Of a stretch of DNA of 64,000 nt, positions 26,299-35,709 are shown piece after piece. Each line of letters starts with the position of its first letter. Within the stretch, counting starts at the first letter, position 1. A program made the translations under genes and the position numbers. The notes under the pieces were generated by a model. It saw only the letters and a list, made by a program, of their open reading frames with translations. It was not told where the DNA came from and did not search any database. The stretch is from Oceanispirochaeta sp. (GTDB taxonomy: Bacteria; Spirochaetota; Spirochaetia; DSM-2461). The stretch is from NCBI GenBank assembly GCA_963663385.2, contig CAXXXD010000003.1:928001-992000 (forward strand), read 5' to 3'.

Positions 26299-26898
26299 AT
26301 GGATGTTCAGGTTAAGGAACTTATTGAGAAAATCAAGAATGACGGTGTGAAAAGTGCTGAAGAGACAGCTGCCGGCATTATCAGTGATGCAGAGAAAAAA
26401 GCTGCTGCATTAATGGAAAAGGCTGAAAAAGATGCCGCCGAGATTAAATCTCAGGCGCAGAATGAAGCAGCCAGAATGGAACAGGCCGGAAAGGAAGCCT
26501 TGAAGCAGGCCGGACGCGATTTGCTGTTAAGTGTGCGTAAGGATGTGGAAACGCTGTTTGACGGAGTTGTAAAGGCCGGAGCGGCAGAGGTCCTGAAAGG
26601 GGACAGTCTGAAAGAGTGCATTATAACGGTTCTGAAATCCTGGAATGCCGATGAGGTTAAGGACCTGACAGTCCTTGTCCCGGAAAATCTCCTCAAAGCA
26701 CTCGAGTCTGATCTGAAAGGTCAGCTGAAAAGCGAAGTAGAGAAAGGTTTGGAAATCAAACCCTTTAACGATATTGAAGCCGGTTTCAGAATTTCTTCTA
26801 AAGACGGCCGGGTTTTTTATGATTTTTCCGATGACGAGTTGATGACAATGCTTTCCAAGTATTTGAATCCCGCTCTGTTGGCCATTCTGGAAAAATAA
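26299..26898 (+). CDS. atpE: V/A-type ATP synthase subunit E
   Basis: N-terminal Ala/Glu/Lys coiled coil (LIEKIKNDGV..AE) and position in the operon. Confidence 0.88.
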   Translation: MDVQVKELIEKIKNDGVKSAEETAAGIISDAEKKAAALMEKAEKDAAEIKSQAQNEAARMEQAGKEALKQAGRDLLLSVRKDVETLFDGVVKAGAAEVLKGDSLKECIITVLKSWNADEVKDLTVLVPENLLKALESDLKGQLKSEVEKGLEIKPFNDIEAGFRISSKDGRVFYDFSDDELMTMLSKYLNPALLAILEK

Positions 26899-26913
26899 CA
26901 AAAGGAGTTAATT

Positions 26914-27477
26914 TTGGGTCAGTTTTATTATACTGTCGCATCATTACCCATGCTGTCCTATGACGAGCCTTCCGGACTGAAAGTGGCCGATTATATGGCC
27001 GACTGCCGGAAATGGCTGAAGCCTGTCGAGTGGGAGATGCTGTCCTCAGCTGTGCTTAATCCCGATACGGTTAAGGCTTCCATCTCTTCAGTAGCCGAAG
27101 AGTTCATGATATGGGAGATCAGCCTGAGGAATGAGCTTGTTCTCCTGAGGGCTGCCGCCATGGGGCTGGAAGCGGATAATTTTATTGTAAAAAGCGAACG
27201 CTATCCTGAAACGGCGTCCCTGGCGGCTCATGCCTTCAAGCAGGAATCTCCAATGGATGCGGAGGATGCGTTAAACCGGGGACGCTGGCAGTTCCTGGAA
27301 AACCTGAAGGTAGGGCACTTTTTCGATCTGGAATATTTGATTCTTTATTCCCTGCAGCTGCAGATCCTGGAAAGGAAGAGCTGCTTTGAAGAGGAAACCG
27401 GATATGCCCGCTATCAGGAAATTTACCGAAATATCCTGAATCAGTTGGATGATGATGCAGTTGGAGAGCGAGAATGA
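26914..27477 (+). CDS. DUF2764-type V-ATPase-associated protein (subunit C-like)
   Basis: YYTVASLP, WE.SLRNEL and HFFDLE..Y motifs. Lies between E and A. Confidence 0.75.
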   Translation: MGQFYYTVASLPMLSYDEPSGLKVADYMADCRKWLKPVEWEMLSSAVLNPDTVKASISSVAEEFMIWEISLRNELVLLRAAAMGLEADNFIVKSERYPETASLAAHAFKQESPMDAEDALNRGRWQFLENLKVGHFFDLEYLILYSLQLQILERKSCFEEETGYARYQEIYRNILNQLDDDAVGERE

Positions 27478-29237
27478 AAAGTACTGGAAAAGTAGTTGGT
27501 GTTAATGGAAATATGGTAACCGTCGAGGTTGCCGGTGACGTTAAGTTAAATGAAGTCGGTTATGTCGTAACCGGTGGAAAGAAGCTGAAATCCGAGGTTA
27601 TCCGTATTAACGGCGATCGGGTTCAGATGCAGGTATTTGAAATCACAAAGGGAATTGGTATTGGTGATCCTGTAGAATTCTCTACAGAACTCCTGGCCGT
27701 GGAACTGGGGCCCGGGCTTCTGGGACAGGTTTACGACGGGCTGCAGAATCCCCTTCCCGATCTGGCAAAAAAAGCCGGACACTTTCTTGAACGGGGATTC
27801 TATCTGGATCCTCTTCCCAAAGATAAAAAATGGGACTTCACTCCTTCTGTAGAAGCAGGTGCCCAGGTTATAAAGGCGGATAAGCTCGGGGAAGTTCCCG
27901 AAGGTCCCTTTATGCATGATATTATGGTTCCTTTCTACCTGCTGGATACCTACAAGGTAAAATCCATCAAGGAAAAAGGGTCTTATACCATAACCGATAC
28001 GATTGCCGAACTGGAAGATCCTAAGGGGAATGTGATCCCTGTAACCATGTCTTTTGAATGGCCCGTTAAAAAAGCCATTACCACTTATGCCGAACGGCTC
28101 CGGCCGGTTGATCCCATGGTAACCCAGATCCGTCTGGTTGATACATTCCTGCCTGTCGCAAAGGGCGGTACATACTGTATCCCCGGGCCTTTCGGAGCCG
28201 GAAAAACCGTACTGCAGCAGATTACTTCCAAATTCGCGGATGTGGATATAGTAATTGTTGCGGCCTGTGGCGAGCGTGCCGGTGAGGTTGTGGAAACCCT
28301 GAAAGAGTTCCCCGAACTGCTGGACCCCAAGACGGGAAAATCCCTCATGGAAAGAACCATGATAATCTGTAATACATCGTCCATGCCTGTTGCCTCACGT
28401 GAAGCTTCCGTATATACGGCTGTTACGCTGGCCGAATACTATCGTCAGATGGGTCTGGATGTACTGCTTCTGGCCGACTCCACATCCCGTTGGGCACAGG
28501 CCATGAGAGAGATGTCCGGACGTCTGGAAGAGATTCCCGGTGAAGAAGCCTTCCCGGCTTACCTGGAATCCACCATTGCCGGATTCTACGAAAGAGCCGG
28601 TCTGGTCAGGCTGAAAGACGGCCGGAAAGGTTCCGTTACAATCGGCGGAACCGTATCTCCTGCGGGCGGTAACTTCGAAGAGCCTGTAACACAGGCCACT
28701 CTTAAAGTAGTTGGAGCATTCCACGGTCTTTCCAGAGAGCGTTCCGATGCCCGTAAATACCCGGCTATCCATCCTATTGATTCATGGAGCAAATACAAAG
28801 GTATTATCGATGCGGATATGACTGCCTATGCCTACAACATCCTGTTCCGGGCAAACGAAATTGAATCCATGATGAAGGTAGTCGGAGAAGAAGGAACGTC
28901 TCTGCAGGATTTTATACTTTTTCAGAAAGGAGAACTCCTGGACGCAACCTACTTCCAGCAGAACTCCTTTGACCCGGTTGATGCGGCCGTTTCTCCGGAA
29001 AGACAAAAATATGTTTTCCGTCTGATGATGGAAATCCTTACGGCCGAGCTGGAATTGAGCAGTAAAGATGAAGCCCGTTCCTGGTTTAACCAGCTGCGTC
29101 AGGTTGTGCTTGACTACAATGGTTCCGAATGGCAGGGCGATTCCTTCAAGAAGCTTGAAAGCGAGATTAAGAAGACAATAGCCGAAAAGAAAATCCGCGT
29201 GGATGAAAATGCCGCCGGCTTAATGGAAAGGATCTGA
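27474..29237 (+). CDS. atpA: V/A-type ATP synthase subunit A
   Basis: PGPFGAGKT, CGERAGE, NTSSMPVASRE, DSTSRWA and PAIHPIDSWSKY motifs. Confidence 0.97.
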   Translation: MKSTGKVVGVNGNMVTVEVAGDVKLNEVGYVVTGGKKLKSEVIRINGDRVQMQVFEITKGIGIGDPVEFSTELLAVELGPGLLGQVYDGLQNPLPDLAKKAGHFLERGFYLDPLPKDKKWDFTPSVEAGAQVIKADKLGEVPEGPFMHDIMVPFYLLDTYKVKSIKEKGSYTITDTIAELEDPKGNVIPVTMSFEWPVKKAITTYAERLRPVDPMVTQIRLVDTFLPVAKGGTYCIPGPFGAGKTVLQQITSKFADVDIVIVAACGERAGEVVETLKEFPELLDPKTGKSLMERTMIICNTSSMPVASREASVYTAVTLAEYYRQMGLDVLLLADSTSRWAQAMREMSGRLEEIPGEEAFPAYLESTIAGFYERAGLVRLKDGRKGSVTIGGTVSPAGGNFEEPVTQATLKVVGAFHGLSRERSDARKYPAIHPIDSWSKYKGIIDADMTAYAYNILFRANEIESMMKVVGEEGTSLQDFILFQKGELLDATYFQQNSFDPVDAAVSPERQKYVFRLMMEILTAELELSSKDEARSWFNQLRQVVLDYNGSEWQGDSFKKLESEIKKTIAEKKIRVDENAAGLMERI

Positions 29238-29246
29238 GGTTAAAAA

Positions 29247-30545
29247 ATGAGAAAAGTTTACAGCAAAATTGATTCAATCGTTGGAAACGTCATCACAGTC
29301 AAAGCCGACGGAGTAAAGTACGGCGACCTTGCGGAAATCACAACATCCTTTGGTGAATCCCTGGCAGAGGTTAACAAGCTGGATGGTGATATGGTTTCCC
29401 TACAGGTTTTTGCGGGAGGCCGGGGAATTTCCACTGGTGATGAAGTACGGTTCCTGGGGCATCCCATGCAGGTCTCCTTTTCGGAAAACCTGCTGGGTCG
29501 TATTTTCAGCGGGTCGGGAGAACCCCGTGATAACGGTCCTACCCTGAGTGAGAACCTGATCCCCATCGGCGGCCCCTCCTTCAACCCTGCTAACAGAATC
29601 ATCCCGAAAAACATGATTCGAACCGGTATCCCCATGATCGACCTGTTCAATACACTGGTGGAAAGTCAGAAACTGCCGATTTTCTCTGTTTCCGGAGAAC
29701 CATATAATGAGCTTCTGGCCCGGATTGCCATGCAGGCGGAAGTTGACATGATTATCCTGGGAGGAATGGGGCTTAAATACGATGACTACCTTTTCTTCAA
29801 GGATACCCTGGAAGAGGGGGGCGCTCTTAACCGGACCACTATGTTTATCCATACCGCAGCAGACCCCATTGTAGAGAGTCTTCAGGTTCCCGATATATCT
29901 CTGGCTGTTGCCGAGAAATTCGCCCTGCAGGGTAAAAAGGTACTTGTTCTTCTTACGGATATGACCAACTTTGCGGATGCCATGAAAGAAATCGCTATTA
30001 CTCAGGAACAGGTTCCTTCCAACCGTGGCTACCCGGGAGACCTTTACTCTCAGCTGGCTTCCCGTTATGAAAAGGCCGTTGATATTCAGGGCGCCGGTTC
30101 AATCACTATCCTTGGTGTAACAACCATGCCCGGTGATGATGTAACCCATCCCGTTCCCGATAATACCGGATATATTACGGAAGGGCAGTACTACCTGAAA
30201 AACGGAAGAATCGAACCCTTCGGTTCTCTCTCCCGTCTGAAACAGCAGGTTAATGACAAAACCAGAGACGACCACAGGGCCCTCATGGACGGTATGATCA
30301 AACTGTATGCCTCCTATAAGGACTCTCTGGAGAAGCAGTCAATGGGATTCAATATGTCTGACTGGGATACGAAACTCCTTAAATATGGAACGGCTTTTGA
30401 GAGGGAAATGATGGACCTGTCTGTTAATGTTCCCCTGGAAAAAGCCCTGGATAATGGCTGGAAGATTCTGTCAGATTGTTTCAAAAAGGAAGAAACCGGG
30501 TTGAAATCATCTCTGATTGAACAGTTCTGGCCTACAGAGAGTTAA
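29247..30545 (+). CDS. atpB: V/A-type ATP synthase subunit B
   Basis: [20 protein letters not shown] and [14 protein letters not shown] motifs. Confidence 0.97.
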   Translation: MRKVYSKIDSIVGNVITVKADGVKYGDLAEITTSFGESLAEVNKLDGDMVSLQVFAGGRGISTGDEVRFLGHPMQVSFSENLLGRIFSGSGEPRDNGPTLSENLIPIGGPSFNPANRIIPKNMIRTGIPMIDLFNTLVESQKLPIFSVSGEPYNELLARIAMQAEVDMIILGGMGLKYDDYLFFKDTLEEGGALNRTTMFIHTAADPIVESLQVPDISLAVAEKFALQGKKVLVLLTDMTNFADAMKEIAITQEQVPSNRGYPGDLYSQLASRYEKAVDIQGAGSITILGVTTMPGDDVTHPVPDNTGYITEGQYYLKNGRIEPFGSLSRLKQQVNDKTRDDHRALMDGMIKLYASYKDSLEKQSMGFNMSDWDTKLLKYGTAFEREMMDLSVNVPLEKALDNGWKILSDCFKKEETGLKSSLIEQFWPTES

Positions 30546-30548
30546 TGT

Positions 30549-31148
30549 ATGGCAAATATTAAACTGACGAAGAATGAGCAGAAGAAACAGAAGGATGCCC
30601 TTAAAATGTATACCCGTTATCTTCCCACGCTTATTCTGAAAAAACAGCAGCTCCAGATTGAGATCCGTAATGTGGAAATACGGGAAGCTGAGGTTCGTCA
30701 GAAACAGGAAGCCCTTAATCAGGAGTTTCGAAAGTGGATCGGAGTCTTCGGTGAAGACGTTGGTCTGGATGAAGCCCTGTTGAGAGTAAAATACGTGGAT
30801 ACAGGCATCGGCAATATTGCCGGTGTTGAAATCCCCGTATTCAAAGGAGCGGAGTTCCATCCTGTTTCCTATAACCTCTTTGAAATGCCTCTCTGGGTCG
30901 ATAAGGCGGCAGAGAAGCTTAAGCAGATAATTCTGCTGGATCTGGAGTTTAAAGTATTGGAGGAACAGATAAGGCGATTGGCGGCAGAGCTGAGAACCAC
31001 TACCCAGAGGGTAAATCTGTTCGAGAAAGTGATGATCCCCGAAACCAAGGCAAATATCAAAAAAATCGGTGTTTACCTGGGTGACCAGCAGACAGCTGCG
31101 GTTGTACGGGGAAAAATGTCCAAGAAAAAAATGGTAAAGGTGTCCTGA
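30549..31148 (+). CDS. atpD: V/A-type ATP synthase subunit D
   Basis: LPTL.LKKQQL and TTQRVNLFEKV.IP motifs. Confidence 0.95.
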   Translation: MANIKLTKNEQKKQKDALKMYTRYLPTLILKKQQLQIEIRNVEIREAEVRQKQEALNQEFRKWIGVFGEDVGLDEALLRVKYVDTGIGNIAGVEIPVFKGAEFHPVSYNLFEMPLWVDKAAEKLKQIILLDLEFKVLEEQIRRLAAELRTTTQRVNLFEKVMIPETKANIKKIGVYLGDQQTAAVVRGKMSKKKMVKVS

Positions 31149-31149
31149 T

Positions 31150-32970
31150 ATGATAGTAAAAATGAGTAAAGTCTCTTTTATCTTTCTGGATTCCGAAAAA
31201 GATGCCGCCCTGGAGAAGATCCGGAAAGCCGGTGTCGTCCATCTGGAGAGGACTTCCGGATCCGGTGAGACTCTGAGTCATCTGGTCGCCGACAGGGACA
31301 GGGTAAAACGGGCCCTTGGCCGACTTGATCCGAAAGCGTCACAGGAAAAGGTTTCTTATTCCAGAGAATCCGCCTGGGAGATGGCTAATAAAATCCTGGA
31401 TGTTCTGGATAGTATTAAAGAGACGGAAGAGAAGCTGAATCTGATCAAGGAAGATCTGGTCTGGTGGGAGCCCTGGGGGGATTTTGATCCTTCGGAGATT
31501 GCCATCCTGAAAAGCAAAGGGGTGGAGCTGCACTTCTATGAAGCGAATAAAGCCGAGTGGGAGGCGTATGCGAAGGACAGTCGGTCTTTTGTTGTTTCTT
31601 CTTCAAAAAATACGGTTTACGGCATTATTGTTGTGGCGGAGGGGGAAGATGTTCCCGAAGCGGATAGTGTTAAACTTCCCGAATACGGTGTAACGGAGCT
31701 TCAGAAACAGAAAGTCCAGACAGAAGAAAAGCTGAAAGGGCTCTATGAAGTTCTCGACCAGTTCAGCGGTCAGCGGGAAATGCTGAATAAACTGCTGGTT
31801 TCTGTAGAGCAGGATGTGGAGTATCACGAAGTCCGGACAGGTCTGGGGAACGAAGAGATCCTGGATTACTTTTCAGGTTTTATGCCCGAACGGGATAAAG
31901 AGAAAATCCAGGATCTGGCTGTGGAAAACGGCTGGGCTGTGATTTTCAGTGAACCCGCGGAAGAGGATGTTATTCCTTCTCTTGTTGAAAACAATAAGGT
32001 TGTGAATACAATAAAGCCCCTTTTCGATATTCTGGAAGTGCTGCCCGGTTACAGGGAGATGGATATCAGTCTCGATTTTCTGATCTCTTTTACCCTGTTC
32101 TTTGCCATGATAATCGGAGATGCCGGATATGGTGTGCTTTTTCTTCTGATTACGATCTTTACAAGGTTTAAATTAAAAAAAGGCGGACCGGGTTTTAACC
32201 TGATGTATCTTCTCAGTACCGGTACAATCGTCTGGGGTGTATTAACAGGCAACTGGTTCGGCTCTCAGGCTCTCGGAAACTGGGCCCCCCTGAAAGGTCT
32301 TGTTTTACCGCAGATTGCAGCGTTTCCGGAACTTTTCGGGGCTGAAATAGATAGCGGTTCGACCATTAAATATATGTGTTTTGTTATTGCTACCATTCAG
32401 CTGAGTATAGCCAGGTTCAAGAATTTCGTTTTTAAAATGCCTTCTCTGGTAGCTTTTGAACAGCTGGGCTGGCTCTCCATGCTATTGGGAATATACCATG
32501 TAGTACTTTTTCTTGTTCTGGGAATTACACCCATCCCGACCTATGCCATGCAGATGATCGGAGGTGGACTTGTGGCTATAATTCTGTTCAGTCAACAGGA
32601 AAAAGGGGTGAATTTCTTTAAGGGTGTGCTTAAGGGATTGAATCCTATCGGTTTATTCCAGCTGTTTCTGGATTCTATCAGTCTGTTGTCGGATATTATC
32701 TCCTATATCAGACTATTTGCTGTGGGATTGGCTTCACTGGCAATTGCTGTCAGTTTCAATGCCATGGCGGCGCCGATGATGGCGGAACCTGGTGTGGCGA
32801 TGATTGGAGGAGTCTTGATCCTTCTGCTTGGACACATGCTTAATATTGTTATGGGAGCCCTTTCACTGATAGTTCATGGTGTAAGGCTCAATATGCTGGA
32901 ATATTCAGGCCATCTGGATATGGAATGGTCTGGTTTTAAATATGCGCCTTTTAAAAAGGTGCAGGAATAA
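31150..32970 (+). CDS. atpI: V/A-type ATP synthase subunit I (a)
   Basis: Soluble N-terminal domain plus TM region, with GDAGYG, SDIISYIRLFA and HGVRLN.LEY. Confidence 0.95.
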   Translation: MIVKMSKVSFIFLDSEKDAALEKIRKAGVVHLERTSGSGETLSHLVADRDRVKRALGRLDPKASQEKVSYSRESAWEMANKILDVLDSIKETEEKLNLIKEDLVWWEPWGDFDPSEIAILKSKGVELHFYEANKAEWEAYAKDSRSFVVSSSKNTVYGIIVVAEGEDVPEADSVKLPEYGVTELQKQKVQTEEKLKGLYEVLDQFSGQREMLNKLLVSVEQDVEYHEVRTGLGNEEILDYFSGFMPERDKEKIQDLAVENGWAVIFSEPAEEDVIPSLVENNKVVNTIKPLFDILEVLPGYREMDISLDFLISFTLFFAMIIGDAGYGVLFLLITIFTRFKLKKGGPGFNLMYLLSTGTIVWGVLTGNWFGSQALGNWAPLKGLVLPQIAAFPELFGAEIDSGSTIKYMCFVIATIQLSIARFKNFVFKMPSLVAFEQLGWLSMLLGIYHVVLFLVLGITPIPTYAMQMIGGGLVAIILFSQQEKGVNFFKGVLKGLNPIGLFQLFLDSISLLSDIISYIRLFAVGLASLAIAVSFNAMAAPMMAEPGVAMIGGVLILLLGHMLNIVMGALSLIVHGVRLNMLEYSGHLDMEWSGFKYAPFKKVQE

Positions 32971-32997
32971 ATAAGAAGAAATTTGAAGGAGATAGGT

Positions 32998-33420
32998 ATG
33001 GATATTGGATTGATGGGATTTGCTGCTGCATTGGGATTGGCTGGTTTTGGTTCTGCATTTGGTGCAGGTTTTGCAGGTCAGGCTGCTATTGGAGCCTGGA
33101 AAAAGTGTTTTGCTAACAACAAACCCGCCCCCTTCCTTCTGGTTGCATTCGTAGGTGCGCCGCTGACTCAGACCATTTATGGATTTATCCTGATGAACCA
33201 GATGATCGCTTCAGGCGCTGAAGGTTACAAACTGCTTGGTATGGGTGTTTTCGGCGGTCTGGCAATGGGTGCTTCTGCCTATGCACAGGGTAAAGCCGGC
33301 GCCGGTGCTGCCGATGCCATGGGCGAAACCGGAAAAGGTTTTGTTAACTACCTGATGGTACTTGGTGTAATTGAAACTGTTGCCCTTTTTGCCATGGTAT
33401 TCCTGATGGGTGCCCTCTAA
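32998..33420 (+). CDS. atpK: V/A-type ATP synthase subunit K (four-helix proteolipid)
   Basis: Gly/Ala-rich TM segments with PLTQTIYG, AQGK and IETVALF. Confidence 0.95.
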   Translation: MDIGLMGFAAALGLAGFGSAFGAGFAGQAAIGAWKKCFANNKPAPFLLVAFVGAPLTQTIYGFILMNQMIASGAEGYKLLGMGVFGGLAMGASAYAQGKAGAGAADAMGETGKGFVNYLMVLGVIETVALFAMVFLMGAL

Positions 33421-33446
33421 ACCGTTTCATTTAATAGTAAATTTCG

Positions 33447-33482
33447 GAGCTGTTCTCCTACGGGAGAACAGCTCTTTTTTTT
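33447..33482 (+). terminator. Rho-independent terminator of the ATPase operon
   Basis: GAGCTGTTCTCC-TACG-GGAGAACAGCTC: perfect 12-bp stem, UNCG loop, then 8 T. Confidence 0.92.
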
Positions 33483-33557
33483 CCGCCCCGGATGATAGAG
33501 AAAAAAACACTTCTGTCTTTTTCCCGAATCCTCTATAATGTGTTTACGAGGTAATAA

Positions 33558-34625
33558 ATGTATTCTGTTCGAGAAGTAAAAGTCGGATCTGTTCTTATGG
33601 GAGGCGGAGCTCCCGCGAGCGTGCAGACCATGTGGGACCGGCCCGTTCCGGAGATAACTGATTCATTGATTCAGACCCTGGAGTCCTATCATAAAAAAGG
33701 CTGTGACCTGATCCGTTTTGCCCTGCCCAGTCTTAATGACGTGGACACTCTTTCAAAACTTATTCCGAAGATAGCCATGCCCATGGTAGGGGACATTCAC
33801 TATGATTATAAAATAGCCGTGAAGGCTCTGGATGCGGGGTTTCAGAAAATCCGTATCAATCCGGGGAATATAGGGGCAGACTGGAAAATCCGGGAAGTTA
33901 TCAAAGCCGCTTCCGATAATGGTGCTGCTATCAGAATAGGGGCCAATGAAGGATCCCTGTCAAAAGAACAGAAAGCCGGCGCTTCGGATGATTCGGTTCA
34001 GGAACGGTCCCGGATTCTGGTGGAGGCTGCAGAGTCCAATCTGGAACTGTTTGAACAATCGGGGTTTAAGAATATTGTTATATCACTTAAATCTTCGGAT
34101 ATTCATGTTACCTATCACTCAAATAAAATGTTCAGGGACCGTCATGACTATCCCCTTCACCTTGGAATTACCGAGGCGGGGCCCTTAATTCCGGCAATCG
34201 TTAAATCTACGGTTGGATTGACCGATCTTTTAAAAGAGGGGATAGGCGAAACGGTCAGGATATCCATTTCGGACAATCCCGAGTATGAAATCCTTGCGGC
34301 CAATGAACTTCTTGGTAATCTGGGACTCCGGAAGGGACGGATTAATATCATCTCCTGTCCCAAATGCGGCCGTTCCAGTTTCGATACCCATGCTTTTCTT
34401 GAATCTGTAAAGGAAGAGCTGTATACCCTTCCCATGGATGTTTCTGTTGCTATTATGGGCTGTACTGTGAATGGACCGGGAGAAGCTTCCCATGCGGATC
34501 TCGGGATTACAGGATACGGCAATCAGGTTCAGATATTCAGACATGGAAAAATCATTCGGAGGGAAGATCCTTGTTCAGCAAAAGATGCTTTTCTGGAAGA
34601 ACTGGCGCGATTGCAGCAGGACTGA
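33558..34625 (+). CDS. ispG: (E)-4-hydroxy-3-methylbut-2-enyl-diphosphate synthase
   Basis: GDIHY, RINPGN, RIGAN.GSL, PLHLGITEAG, SCPKCGR and MGCTVNGPGE motifs. Confidence 0.96.
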   Translation: MYSVREVKVGSVLMGGGAPASVQTMWDRPVPEITDSLIQTLESYHKKGCDLIRFALPSLNDVDTLSKLIPKIAMPMVGDIHYDYKIAVKALDAGFQKIRINPGNIGADWKIREVIKAASDNGAAIRIGANEGSLSKEQKAGASDDSVQERSRILVEAAESNLELFEQSGFKNIVISLKSSDIHVTYHSNKMFRDRHDYPLHLGITEAGPLIPAIVKSTVGLTDLLKEGIGETVRISISDNPEYEILAANELLGNLGLRKGRINIISCPKCGRSSFDTHAFLESVKEELYTLPMDVSVAIMGCTVNGPGEASHADLGITGYGNQVQIFRHGKIIRREDPCSAKDAFLEELARLQQD

Positions 34626-35689
34626 TCCTGCTTGTTTCCTTTTACTGTGCTGCTCAAAGTGTGGAGGATTCCCATCTCCCCGGGTGGGTTTTATACGAAA
34701 AGGGATTGTCTCTCTATGAAAGAGGCGAGCTCGGTCTTGCCCTGGAGTATCTGAACCTTTCCGCCAAAGAAGGGGTTCTGACTCCTGAAGCCCTCTACAG
34801 AATAGGCCGTATCTATGAAGAGGAAGGGGATTATCTTCTGGCGGAGATGCGCTACAATGAAGCCCTGAAGGACGCCCGTTTTCTTTATGTTCCTGAAGAT
34901 AAATGGCTGATTCAGTACAGTCTGGCAGGTATATACCTTAACAGAAAGGAGAATGATCGCTACGAGCAGCAGCTCCTGTCCATTTTCGATGAAGAGATGA
35001 AGAGGAATGAAGAAATAATCCGCAGGGAGCACTCCTATGTTCAGATGTTGAAAGAGAGTGGTATGGATAAACTCCTTCTGTTGTTCCGTATCCGCCTGGA
35101 ATTCTCCCAGGAAGCCGCTGCCCAACTCGGTGTCTACTATGCCCGTTCGGGTGAGTGGAAAAGTTCCATCATCAAAAACCTTTATACCGTCTTAACCTAC
35201 TTTTCGGGAGGGCTGGATTTCATAATGGAGAAGGATCCGGAATTCTCTTTTCCCGTTGACCTGGAAGAAATCCTGGAATCGGATCAGGAGTTCCTTATTT
35301 CACTTTATGAAGGGTACGCAGAGGAAGTTGAGGGCGGCTTTCTTTTCCGGAGGAATCTGGATACCCTGGCACCTCTTGCTGTAAATGAGGATATTCAGAA
35401 GGCCGGGAAGATCATTCTTTCCCGTAATCCTTTTTTTCATATGTCTCCCTCCCTGTATGCCCTGAGAAAAATGGAATGTGAGAGCGGGTTGGACGCTTTT
35501 TTGGAATCGGGGAAACTTTATCGGGCTCTTTTTTATCTCGCACTCTCTCTCTATAATGAGGGCTTTCCGGAAAGAGCGGAGGAGATCTGGACCCTTGTAT
35601 CCCTGAGCGGCAGGGATACCTCCTGGAGAACCCTCAGTAAAAAGGCCCTTGGAGATCCGGAGATCCAGACCTCTTTTCTTATTTACTAA
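34571..35689 (+). CDS. Exported TPR-containing protein (start uncertain)
   Basis: Signal-like N-terminus and TPR-like helices ([17 protein letters not shown]). Confidence 0.7.
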   Translation: MFSKRCFSGRTGAIAAGLILLVSFYCAAQSVEDSHLPGWVLYEKGLSLYERGELGLALEYLNLSAKEGVLTPEALYRIGRIYEEEGDYLLAEMRYNEALKDARFLYVPEDKWLIQYSLAGIYLNRKENDRYEQQLLSIFDEEMKRNEEIIRREHSYVQMLKESGMDKLLLLFRIRLEFSQEAAAQLGVYYARSGEWKSSIIKNLYTVLTYFSGGLDFIMEKDPEFSFPVDLEEILESDQEFLISLYEGYAEEVEGGFLFRRNLDTLAPLAVNEDIQKAGKIILSRNPFFHMSPSLYALRKMECESGLDAFLESGKLYRALFYLALSLYNEGFPERAEEIWTLVSLSGRDTSWRTLSKKALGDPEIQTSFLIY

Positions 35690-35709
35690 ACAGGAGTATA
35701 GTATCTCGT

